A stretch of 64,000 nucleotides of DNA from positions 7,800,184-7,864,183 of the forward strand of contig OZ316895.1 in the NCBI GenBank assembly GCA_973895155.1, written 5' to 3'. Below, piece after piece: positions 1-9,711 of this stretch; the stretch's first letter is position 1, and each line of letters begins with the position of its first letter. Source of the stretch: Marsupella aquatica. Taxonomy: Eukaryota; Plantae; Marchantiophyta. The notes under the pieces are model-generated. The model saw only the letters and a list, made by a program, of their open reading frames with translations, ran no database searches and was not told the origin of the DNA. Both the position numbers and the translations under genes were made by a program.

Positions 1-780
1 CGAGCAGTGAGGAGGAAGCAAAGCCAGTGAAGGTTGTTGCGAAAGCAGCTAATGGTAAGCCCACGAAAGTGGCTGTGACCCCAACATCTGCAGCCAATGA
101 TGAATCGTCGTCAGGTGACTCTGATTCTGAGGAGGTCGTCACGCCTGGAAAGAGTCAGGCAAAGTTGCATGCAAAGGAGGATTCTTCTGAAGATTCGGAC
201 TCGAGCAGTGAGGAGGAAGCAAAGCCTGTGAAGGTCGTTGCGAAAGCAGCTAATGGTGAGTCCAAGAAAGTTGCTGTGACCCCACTGCCTGCAGCCAGTG
301 ATGAATCGTCATCCGATGACTCTGATTCTGAGGAGGTCGTCACGCCTGGAAAGAGTCTGGCAAAGTTGCATTCGAAGGAGGAGTCTTCTGAAGATTCTGA
401 CTCGAGCAGTGAGGAGGAAGCAAAGCCTGTGAAGGTCGTTGCGAAAGCAGCTAATGGTGAGTCCAAGAAAGTTGCTGTGACCCCACTGCCTGCAGCCAGT
501 GATGAATCGTCATCCGATGACTCTGATTCTGAGGAGGTCGTCACGCCTGGAAAGAGTCTGGCAAAGTTGCATTCGAAGGAGGAGTCTTCTGAGGATTCTG
601 ACTCGAGCAGTGAGGAGGAAGCAAAGCCAGTGAAGGTCGTTGCGAAAGCAGCTAATGGTAAGCCCACGAAAGTTGCTGTGACCCCAACATCTGCAGCCAA
701 TGATGAATCGTCGTCAGATGACTCTGATTCTGAGGAGGGCGTCATGCCTGGAAAGAGTCTGGCCAAGTTACCTGCAAAGG
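1..780 (+). repeat. Coding tandem repeat, 201-bp (67-aa) unit, ~4 copies in window
   Basis: CGAGCAGTGAGGAGGAAGCAAAGCC recurs at 1, 202, 403 and 604; units 2 and 3 are nearly identical. Confidence 0.95.
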
Positions 781-3065
781 ACGACTCTTCGTCCTCTGAT
801 GATAGTGAGAGTGAAGATGCACCCGTCGCCAATCCTGCCAGAAAACAAGTGACAGTCACAGCACATACAAAGGATGAGTCTTCATCCTCCGAGGACGACA
901 GCGAGGATGAGCCTCCTCAGGAGCAAGTTCCTACCGCATCTAAAGTCCAGCCTGGTAAGAAAATTTTGCCCTCTTCTCCTGCAGTGGAGGCAGCAAAGAA
1001 GAAAACTCCAGCTGCATCCGCTAAAAAGGCCAGTAAAATAGCAGAGAACCCAGCTGCAGCATGCGCTGACGAATCTTCTTCAGATTACTCCGAAAGCGAG
1101 GATGATGCGGTTGCGGAGCCTGCAAAGAAAGCTTCCAAAGTTCAGGCAAAGAAGGGAGGAATAAGATCTAATATAGTGTCCAAAACAGCGAGCTCATCCG
1201 ATGACTCTGATTCTGAAGAGGAGGTCATTACGAAGGAGCCTATCAAGAAGCACGTGGCACCACCACCTGTCACTCCAAAGTTAAACCAGGGTTCGCTGAA
1301 GGCTACAGTGGTGACAGAAAAAAAGAGAAAACGAGAGATGACTACACCCTCAGATTCTGGAAAAGTGGAAGACGCCAAAACTGGTTCTACAGATGGCAAG
1401 AATGGTGATGTTAAGAGGCAAAAGCTAGACCATACATTAAACGAGGTATGGGTTTGTGTAGAATTGTTCGGATTTGGCTTTCAAAGTACGACTAGAGGTA
1501 TGCTGGATGTGTCCTGTGAATGTGGCAGGCAAGCTAGAGGTTGATTCTGTTTGTAAGGAACTGTCAAATACGCAAGATACCAGTTAGGAATAGTCAAGAT
1601 TTCGTGGAAATATGTCTGCTAGTGTTTCAGTATGCTGCCACATTATTTGGAATGAAATGTCATTATCTTAACATTTGGACTTGGAACCTGAATGCAGGGA
1701 ACACCAAAGTTTTTCCAAAAAATAAATATCAACGAGGTTCGTACATCTTGATTTCATGTTAAATTTGTTACGTGAAATGTTGCAATATATTGTCCTTTGG
1801 AAATATTGCAACATAAATTCCGGTTTTTATGCTTTACTACCGAGTTGCCTCTCACTAAGTCTGTAATAATATACTTCTCCAGGTGGAATACGCTGACCCC
1901 AGACTGCAAGACAATTCATATTGGGCAAAGGTGCGTAGCTTATAAACAAGTGCAGGTTGCAGGCGAACGTTAGGCTATTCTGTGGGACTGGACGCTTCTT
2001 GTTATTAGTCATTCTCTTCATAGGTTTGGTGCAAGAGTTTAGTAACCCCTCCAATGGACATGCAATGTTTGCGTAGCAGCTGCATTGTAAGGACGTCCAC
2101 GCAGGGAGTGCGCCTAAGTGCTTTCCAATAGTTTAGATGCACTTTAATTTTCCGTGTTTTAGATGTCATCCAGATTTGATAGTACAGAGCAGTATTATGT
2201 CCAGTGATCCTGTTTTTGAGGCTGAGGAGAACGAACATCGTCATGTTCTCCTGTTTTTCCATCACTATGGCGACAGAAATGGTTTACTCGGTGACGTGAT
2301 TGAGGCTCTTTAGGATGTCTTTCTCCATTTGTCGCAGCACTGTGACGAATATAGCTTGATCATCCTGAAGGCATTTTTGATAGTTTTTTGTCAATATTCC
2401 AATTGTGAGTTTTATCCAGTAACGTTGGTTATCTTGCTTGGTCTGCAGCATGGAGCAGAGGAAGGATGGGGAGCCAAAGCTCAAGAAGTATTAGGACAAG
2501 TAAAGGGCAAGTGAGTTTGTTGATAGAAGCCTCCTTCGGTTTTGAAGAGTTTTTTCATTTCTCACGCTTTGTTCTTCCAGCATCTCACGTGATTTTGGAG
2601 GACTAATGAACCAAGAATGCGAGGCTTTGGTCATATGGTCCTATGGCTGTGCAATTTGTCCCTCATTTTTCGTAAAGTCAGAAAGGTCTGTATTGTACAT
2701 GCATGAAGGGTCACTTCGAAATCTGGACAAGAGCGGGAATGAACAGAGCTCTATGTTCCTTTACAATGAGTTTGGGCAGTTGGAGTCTTGAGGGTGCTAG
2801 ACAAGAAAAATTGAAAGCATTTGTTGTGCTAGATCACCAGCGAATTCGATGCGGTTAATCCAAACTGAATATTCGTTGCTGTGCTTACCTCCTTTGTTTG
2901 GATTGAAGCATTTTTACCGTAAATTGCTGACACGCCGTTTTTCTGGGTTGAATTTCCAGAGGTTTCAGACACGAGAAAACAAAGAAAAAGAGAGGGAGTT
3001 ACAAGGGTGGGGTAATTGATTTCAGCTCCCACTCCATTAAATTCAAAGACTCTGATGAAGACTAA
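1..3065 (+). CDS. SRP40: SRP40/Nopp140 (NOLC1)-like nucleolar phosphoprotein, 5'-truncated by the window edge; coding exons <1-1445, 1698-1736, 1883-1930, 2449-2510, 2960-3065
   Basis: Alternating acidic-Ser and Lys/Ala/Pro tracts. Four GT-AG introns join in phase to give GTPKFFQKININE-VEYADPRLQDNSYWAK-HGAEEGWGAKAQEVLGQVKG-KGFRHEKTKKKRGSYKGGVIDFSSHSIKFKDSDED*, the SRP40 C-terminal domain. Confidence 0.93.
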
Positions 3066-3536
3066 TGTCTTATGTCCTCCCTGAAGCAATTTTGATCTGT
3101 GAAGAGTTGATTAGCCCGGATGACTAGAACTCTTGTTTTTTCAAATTAGTAAGAAAGGTCTCAAGATTTTCTGACGATACCAGTTGTATGAACATTAAAG
3201 ATTTGATCTGTTAGGAGGCTATCGTTGGCTTTACACTGATAATGAGTCTATGGGTGTTTCACCTTTCTTAAGGACGGATTGGTAGTTTCTTAAAACGGAT
3301 TCAAGAGCCTGTATGTCCAAAACATTATCGGAGGAGATTCTCTAGGAGATGTGTGGAAATTTGGTGCAAATATGAGAACACAATTGATTGGCGTTTTATC
3401 TGTACTAAGCAGAGTTTTCAGTTTATCAGATTTTACTCGTAGAACACTATTCCCTACAAAGTGGCTCTTTGAGCATTTATGAACTCTTCCTAAAAGCAAA
3501 TCAAGGGTCTTCCCTCAGGAGTTCTGGCTGGAAACG

Positions 3537-3624
3537 AAGGTGTCTGATTGATTGATGGGGCTAGCTTTGGGGGGATTAAGAAGGTGTCTGATTGATTGAT
3601 GGGGCTAGCTTTGGGGGGATTAAG
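3537..3624. repeat. 44-bp perfect tandem duplication
   Basis: AAGGTGTCTGATTGATTGATGGGGCTAGCTTTGGGGGGATTAAG twice in tandem. Confidence 0.9.
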
Positions 3625-4006
3625 TTACCATCATACACGGAATCTATGATTGGGATTGTACTTTTTCAGAGTCCCAGATCCGCAGGGTGGGTTTTCTTGG
3701 CAAAGCTGGTGGAAGTATGAAGGCATGGCCAACTATATTAAGTTCCTGTTTTCGTATCTTAATTAATTAAAAGAATTTGGATAAACTTTACACTCAATGT
3801 TTACACAAAAATGCTTGGAAAATTCTCAATACTAGCTTTCAGAAGATTATTATTCCCATTTTTATTATATTTCGCCAATCAGGTCCAGAATTTAAGTTAT
3901 TATATGTTAAGATATGCTAGTTATCTAGCCGAATCATGGTTAAGACTATGATTTGTTACTAATATCTATATACATAAAAACATGCAGAAAACACGGAACA
4001 GTTTGG

Positions 4007-4445
4007 AGATTTAACATTGTATTCTCTCAATTCTCATGGTAATGGCTTTTGCAAATTCTAAGATTTAACATTGAATTCTCTCAATTCTCATGGTAATGTC
4101 TTTTGCACATTCTAAGACGTCTTGCACCAATCTTGTTTGCAAAAAACATATTTCTGAAGACTCGCAACCAGATTGATACAAAAAACATATTTCAGAAGAC
4201 TAGCCACCAGATAAACATATTTCAGAAGACTAGCAACCAGATAAACATAGTTTAGAAGACTAGCAAACAGATTGATACAAAAAACATATTCCAGAAGGAG
4301 GACATGCACTGAATGAGAAACAAAAATTGAATAAAAAGCACCAATCTTGTTTGCAAAAAACATATTTCAGAAGACTAGCAACCAGATTGATCAATGAACT
4401 GTATGGGGACGACATGCACTGAATGAAAAACAAAATTGAATAAAA
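4007..4445. repeat. Cluster of short tandem duplications (54-bp x2, then ~30-39-bp AAACATATTTCAGAAGACTAGCAACCAGAT units), possibly the leader of the Bianca-like element
   Basis: Repeated units read directly; gives LVASLLKYV repeats in the spurious minus-strand ORFs. Confidence 0.75.
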
Positions 4446-5670
4446 AAGCTGAGACGGTGAATATGCAGAATGTAATCTGGGAAAAGAAAATGAATTCCCA
4501 AAGGCATTAGAAACACCACAGAAACAGTTGCTGTTAAAAGCTATAGGGAGAATCAGGCTTAGAGCTATGAAGGATCTCAGATATCCAAAGGCGGAGGATA
4601 TAGACTCATGTTTGCCGCACTTGAGGACTGCGGAAGGCAATGGCGAGAATCAATGAGATCTGAAAGGAATTGACTGATAATCTCTAGAAGACTGAATGAA
4701 GAAATGGCGAACCTGGGTCATATAGTACTCTGTGAGAATCGATTTGGAGAGAGGAACTACTCTGAGAACAGAAGATTTGACAGCAGATCATGATGGAGAG
4801 AGTGTGAGGTGCCTATCAGAGATCAACTGAAATTGGCCGATGGTGTTGGGGTGTGAGTAATTTTTGGCCGATAACAAAGATGGGCATAAGGACAGCAGAG
4901 AATTGCATGGGAGATTGTAGAGAAATAGAGTTCAGTTGATCTGAAGGAAGACTATGGAACCGAGAGGCCCCCACACAAAACGAGGATTACCGGCTAAGCC
5001 ATCGACTAACCTTACCACAGAAAGGAGATACAATTCGATAGGTACCGATAAGGACAGGGGAATGATCACATAGGAGGCCCGAGTCATTCGAGTAGAATAG
5101 AGCATCAAGATCGAAACAAGAGCAGCATCGATTCAGGAAAACAGGGAGGTCAATGGAATTCAGCATGAAATCTTAAGGAGGGCCTGTAGAAAAGGGCCAA
5201 AGAAGGCAACATAGGAGACCAGCTACTGCCCCCTGGAAACAGTGAAATAACAGCCCCAAAAAGAGAAACAGCAAATTCACAAAGAGAGACCACAGATTCG
5301 GGAAGGAAACAGCAAAGAGAAGAATGATCAACAAACTCTGCAGAGAAGAATTCATATGAAAACAGTCAAAGCATCAAGCAAGACGGACAAGCCCGATTTG
5401 CGAAAAAGGCAGATTGGAAAGTTGATGGGAGCAATGAAAAAATGCAACATTATGACCAAACAAGTTAGAGAAAACCTTGAGAAAAGGCGCTAAGTTTTAA
5501 GTCCAAAACCCGTCAAAGCAAACTCCATTCACAAAGAAACATGTGCACTTAACCACACCTAAAAACCCGAGACACCCCGAATTTAATTTCCTTTGAGAAA
5601 AATACCAATCCAGCAAAAGCCCTTAATAAATCCCCTCGACAGAAACATATAACCCACTACACTTAACCAT

Positions 5671-7025
5671 ATGGCCTCCATAAAAAAACTAAATTTTCTT
5701 GCACTCACAATCAATGGGGAAAATTACTTATCATGGTCATTGGATGTAGTGGCCCACCTCACAGCTGAAGACACAATAATCACGGATATTGGCATCACCC
5801 TACAACAAAAGTCTAAAGCACTAATATTTATTAGACACCACTTAGTTGAACCACTCAAAATCCAATACCTAAACCAAAATAACCCAAAAATATTATGGGA
5901 CCAATTGAAAGAGAGGTTTGACCATACTAATTAGATGCACCTACCACGAGCGACACACAATTGGGTCAACCATAGAGTACAAGACCACACATAAATGCCC
6001 AACTACAATAGCGAATTATTTAGAATCACATCCCAACTAGCATTGTGTGGGCAACCAGCTAACAATGAGGAGCAAATAGAAAAGACTCTATCCACCTTTT
6101 CACTCTACAAACATGATCCTCTCAGCCCAATACAAAAACATAAAATTTACCAAATATTCCGAGTTGATAGCCCACATGTTGTTAGCAGAGAAGCATCAAG
6201 AGTTACTACTCAAGAACTCCAAGATGCGACCCCCTGGGACCTTGCCACCAGTCCCCTCAACCGAGACCAACTTTGGAATCCTTCCAGCAATAGATGGACA
6301 CCCAGGAGAGGCTTCAACAGTAACAAAGGAGAACAATCATCTAGAGGATGGAGATCTTTCACAGGTGGACGATTCCCAAGCTTCAGAGGGAGAGGTAGAG
6401 GATGAAAAGGTGGAAAAACCAACTTTTCACAAAACAGAGGAGGAAGAAGTGATGGTGGAAGACCTATGTACGCTAGAAGGAGAAACCAAGCAAGAAGGCA
6501 AGACAATCAAGAGGCGATGGGAACTCCAATGCCATAGAATGCTTTAGATGTGGGACTAAGGGTCACCCACAAAAATTATGTAGAGTACCCTCAGACTTAG
6601 TGGCCTTGTATCAACGAAGTAAGAATGCAAACAACCAAGAATCACATGAGACATTCCTAGAGCACGAAGAACACCTAGAAGAGTACACACATGAAAAAAC
6701 CCTCCCAGAAACTCACATGATTTCCCATAGGCAAGACCCATTACATGATGTAAGAACCTGAATGTCAATAATGGTACTTTCCATACCAAACTTAAATGCA
6801 AGAACTATTTCTCCCAAATTAAGTCTTTCCATAGAAATATGACTACTATTATGGGGAGTAACCAAATTGAAGAAGGGCATGGACCAGCCATAATCACCTT
6901 ACCACAGGGTACAATAATACAAATCAAATCAGCAATTTACGCACCTAATGCCACTAGAAATTTGATAAGCTTTAAAGATATTAGAGAAAATTGTTATCAT
7001 AATTATCCATACCGATCCTGAAAAG
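5671..7025 (+). mobile_element. Decayed Ty1/copia, Bianca-like lineage: gag + protease remnant (left part, interrupted by nested insertion)
   Basis: MASIKKLNFLALTINGENYLSWSLDVVAHL...KALIFIRHHL...LWDQLKERFDH, YNSELFRITSQLALCG, FTKYSELIAHMLLAEKHQELLLKN and IYAPNATRNLISFKDIREN resemble Bianca Gag/PR; many stops and frameshifts. Confidence 0.85.
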
Positions 7026-7428
7026 TGTTGGGTATTTACTCTTACGTCTAGGTTAGGTATGACGTGGTTGGTACAACAATGTGGGTTGGTACAACTATGT
7101 GGTTAGGTACAACTACGTGATTAGGTACAACTATGTGGTTAGGTACAACTATGTGGTTAGGTACAACTAAGTTGCACACTATATCATAAGAGGCATGTGT
7201 GCTTGGAGAGGTAGAACCAAGGCTCATTGTTATGGAGCCACTTGAGAGATAGGGAGAGCTTACACTGTGGAGACTCGGTATAGCCGACGGGCTTAGAGTT
7301 CAGTAAAGCTCTCTTGTGTGTTCCCGTGGACGTAGCCTCAAGGAGGTGAACCACGTATCTCTTGTGTCGACTATTGTGCGTTGGATGGTTCATGGGCTTG
7401 CCGTTGCGATCGTCGTCTATGCTCAACA
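7026..7428 (+). repeat. 5' LTR (403 bp)
   Basis: Starts TGTTGGG, ends CTCAACA; no mismatch to 13083-13485 seen by eye. Confidence 0.97.
7064..7170 (+). promoter_or_regulatory. U3 enhancer-like array: six 18-bp units GTGGTTAGGTACAACTAT
   Basis: GTAC at 7071, 7089, 7107, 7125, 7143 and 7161 (exact 18-bp period). The regulatory role is inferred from its position in U3. Confidence 0.6.
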
Positions 7429-7430
7429 AT

Positions 7431-7442
7431 TGGTATCAGAGC
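7431..7442 (+). other. Primer binding site complementary to tRNA-iMet 3' end
   Basis: TGGTATCAGAGC 2 nt after the 5' LTR. Confidence 0.95.
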
Positions 7443-8582
7443 ATGCTTGGGAGGTGACGTGTGTTCGTGACGGGATTTCATGACGGTTTTTCCAGCGTTG
7501 AGTGTTGGTGGATTTTCCAGAGTTCCATCGCATGGAACTTGGAGTTTATGGGCTCAACGGATAGATCAGGGCAAGAGCTTTCTAACGGTGTGAAGAAATC
7601 GTTGAACGGAGCTCGTGGTGCAGAGAGATCTAAGTTTTCGTCGTTCTGGATTTTGTGAAGAAAGTTGGCAATCGACTCGGAGGGAGAAGCGTCAAGTGTT
7701 TTGACTCAACGGAGAGATTGAGGCAAGACGATTGTTTTTGAGTCCGGGATTGGCTCTTTGATGCAAAGAGGAAGGCTAAGCAAAATCAATTACCTTGTTG
7801 GACTTGGTGACGACACCAAGTGCAATTGATCAACATTCGTTGTTGACAAGGTACCATTTTTTTCTCTTTGAAAAACTGATTCGAAATTGGCTATGGCAAT
7901 TGAGAGAAATCTGTCATCTTTACCAATTTTTTTCTCCCTCGTTCTTTCCTCGTTTTGGGTGCTTCTTATATCGATCTTCATCGCCTCGGAGTCTAGTTTC
8001 CAAATCTGAAATCGGATCTTGATTTAGTCAAAACCCGAGTGAGATATCTTGCGTTTGGTGTCGAGGGGTACATTCTGCCGTGTGTATTTTCTGCGCGCGC
8101 GACCAGATTTCGACGACGAAGGGTGGTAGGGGGTTTTGGGGGTTCGAGGACACATGTCAGCCCCTCGATTGTTCTTCCAAAATTCCCACAGGGCCTGTAC
8201 AAGGGTCATAGAATATTCCAAAAAACCAGAGAGCTATTTTTTGACCGTCCGACAAAGATTTCATCCGCCGAACGGTAACTTTTTTGGTTATTTTTCGGCG
8301 AGGTCGTAGCCATTGAAGTTGGCAATGCAGCGCACCAATCACATCGCAATTCCGACAACGGGTTGTACTTGGTATTTCGGTTATTCCCTGAGGTGGTCAA
8401 AACGGGGGAGTTTCCCAAGGTTTTACCCACCTCGACCGAAATTTGAATAACTTTTCCGTCAAATTTCGATTTTGATTTCGGTTTTCAGTATTGGACTCCT
8501 AGCTTTGTGGGCTACGCGGCGGTGTTGAGTTTCGAGTTTTTTGAGAAGTTGTGAAAAACAACATTTTTTGTGACTTTCTCAT

Positions 8583-9617
8583 ATGAGTGATTCGGAGGAG
8601 TTTTTCGAAGACGTGGAACTTGAAGCACGAGGGTCACCGCGGAGGTTTCAGGGGCAGAGAGAGGAGCAGGAGGAAGAGCACGTGACACCGATACCATCAC
8701 CGGTGCGGCGTGTGGTGGAGGAAGCAGTACTACTACCGGAGCTCACGGTAAAGAAGAAGATGGGGACTTTCAAGCTTGGGGGACCCAAGTATGAAGTGAC
8801 AAAGTATGATGGGCGCTCTGACTACTTGCTATGGGAGAAGCAGGTGAAGGGAGTGCTTTATGCGTCAGGGATGGGCCAACTGCTGAGCCCTCGTGAAGAC
8901 GATGTTGATGAGAAACAATGGGACCGCATGCAGGAGCAGGGAGTGTGGTGTGTTACACTCTATCTCATGCCTCCCATCATCAAGCAGTTGGGTGCACATA
9001 AGGATTGCATGTCCTTATTTGCGGAATTGCAGAGCAAGTATCACCGCAAGGAGTTGTCGAACCGGCTCTACACTTCCTACAAACTGATGAGTTTCAGGAT
9101 GAAGGAATCTGGTACGAAGTTGCAAGACCATGTGGATGCTTTCAACGACATGGTCGTTGACTTGGAAAACCTTGGGGAGACTTTGAATGATGAGACGAAG
9201 GCTCTGCAGCTTCTTAGTTCATTGCCTCCATCTTACCAGTCCCTATCACGAGTGTTGTTGCATCGTGATAGGGATACCATTTCATACAATGACGTGGTAA
9301 GTTCTCTGCTTAGTGATGATCTTCAGCAGAAGATGCACATCACGTCACAGCCTTCATCATCTGGTGCTGCCCTCAATGTTAACCGTGGGAGGAGTATGCA
9401 GCGACCAACTGGGGACCGTAGAACCCAGTTTAGATCTAAATCCAGATCTAAGTCCAAGGGTAAATCCCCTCAGAGGAGGCAGGTGACATGTTGGAAGTGC
9501 AACCAAGTTGGACACTTCAAGCGAGACTGTAAGGGAAAGGCAGCGGAAACTTCATCGGCAAATGTGGCTAGGGCTGATGGAGAAGTTGATTTACTCAATG
9601 ATGAGTATGTTTTATGA
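8583..9617 (+). CDS. gag: Copia Gag (UBN2-type capsid region + CCHC zinc knuckle), 344 aa
   Basis: KYEVTKYDGRSDYLLW, HVDAFNDMVVDLENLG, LLSSLPPSY, CWKCNQVGHFKRDC; ends at TGA 9615-9617. Confidence 0.93.
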   Translation: MSDSEEFFEDVELEARGSPRRFQGQREEQEEEHVTPIPSPVRRVVEEAVLLPELTVKKKMGTFKLGGPKYEVTKYDGRSDYLLWEKQVKGVLYASGMGQLLSPREDDVDEKQWDRMQEQGVWCVTLYLMPPIIKQLGAHKDCMSLFAELQSKYHRKELSNRLYTSYKLMSFRMKESGTKLQDHVDAFNDMVVDLENLGETLNDETKALQLLSSLPPSYQSLSRVLLHRDRDTISYNDVVSSLLSDDLQQKMHITSQPSSSGAALNVNRGRSMQRPTGDRRTQFRSKSRSKSKGKSPQRRQVTCWKCNQVGHFKRDCKGKAAETSSANVARADGEVDLLNDEYVL

Positions 9618-9711
9618 AGCCGGGGGTATGCCCTGTGCACGTCATCTAGGAGAGCAGATGATGTGTGGATTCTTGATTGTGCTTGCTCTTTTCATATTTG
9701 TTACATTCGTG

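Noticed and set aside
155-859. 234-aa antisense ORF
   Set aside because: Shadow of the repetitive sense-strand coding region.
1446-1544. C-terminal VWVCVELFGFG... tail of the 505-aa ORF
   Set aside because: Read-through into an intron (GAG|GTATGG at 1446); the spliced product gives the SRP40 domain.
3620-5670. 5' LTR/PBS of the Bianca-like element
   Set aside because: No matching 3' copy or convincing PBS could be found.
7184-7429. Duplicated 81-aa antisense ORF (also 13241-13486)
   Set aside because: By-product of the identical LTRs; no coding evidence.
9605-9649. 45-nt in-frame mini-intron removing only the gag stop
   Set aside because: Shorter than usual plant introns, not U-rich, and leaves the downstream frameshift unexplained.
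9508-9711. N-terminus of the 1127-aa ORF as real Pol sequence
   Set aside because: Protease homology here lies in the gag frame; the pol frame becomes homologous only from ~9712-9724.
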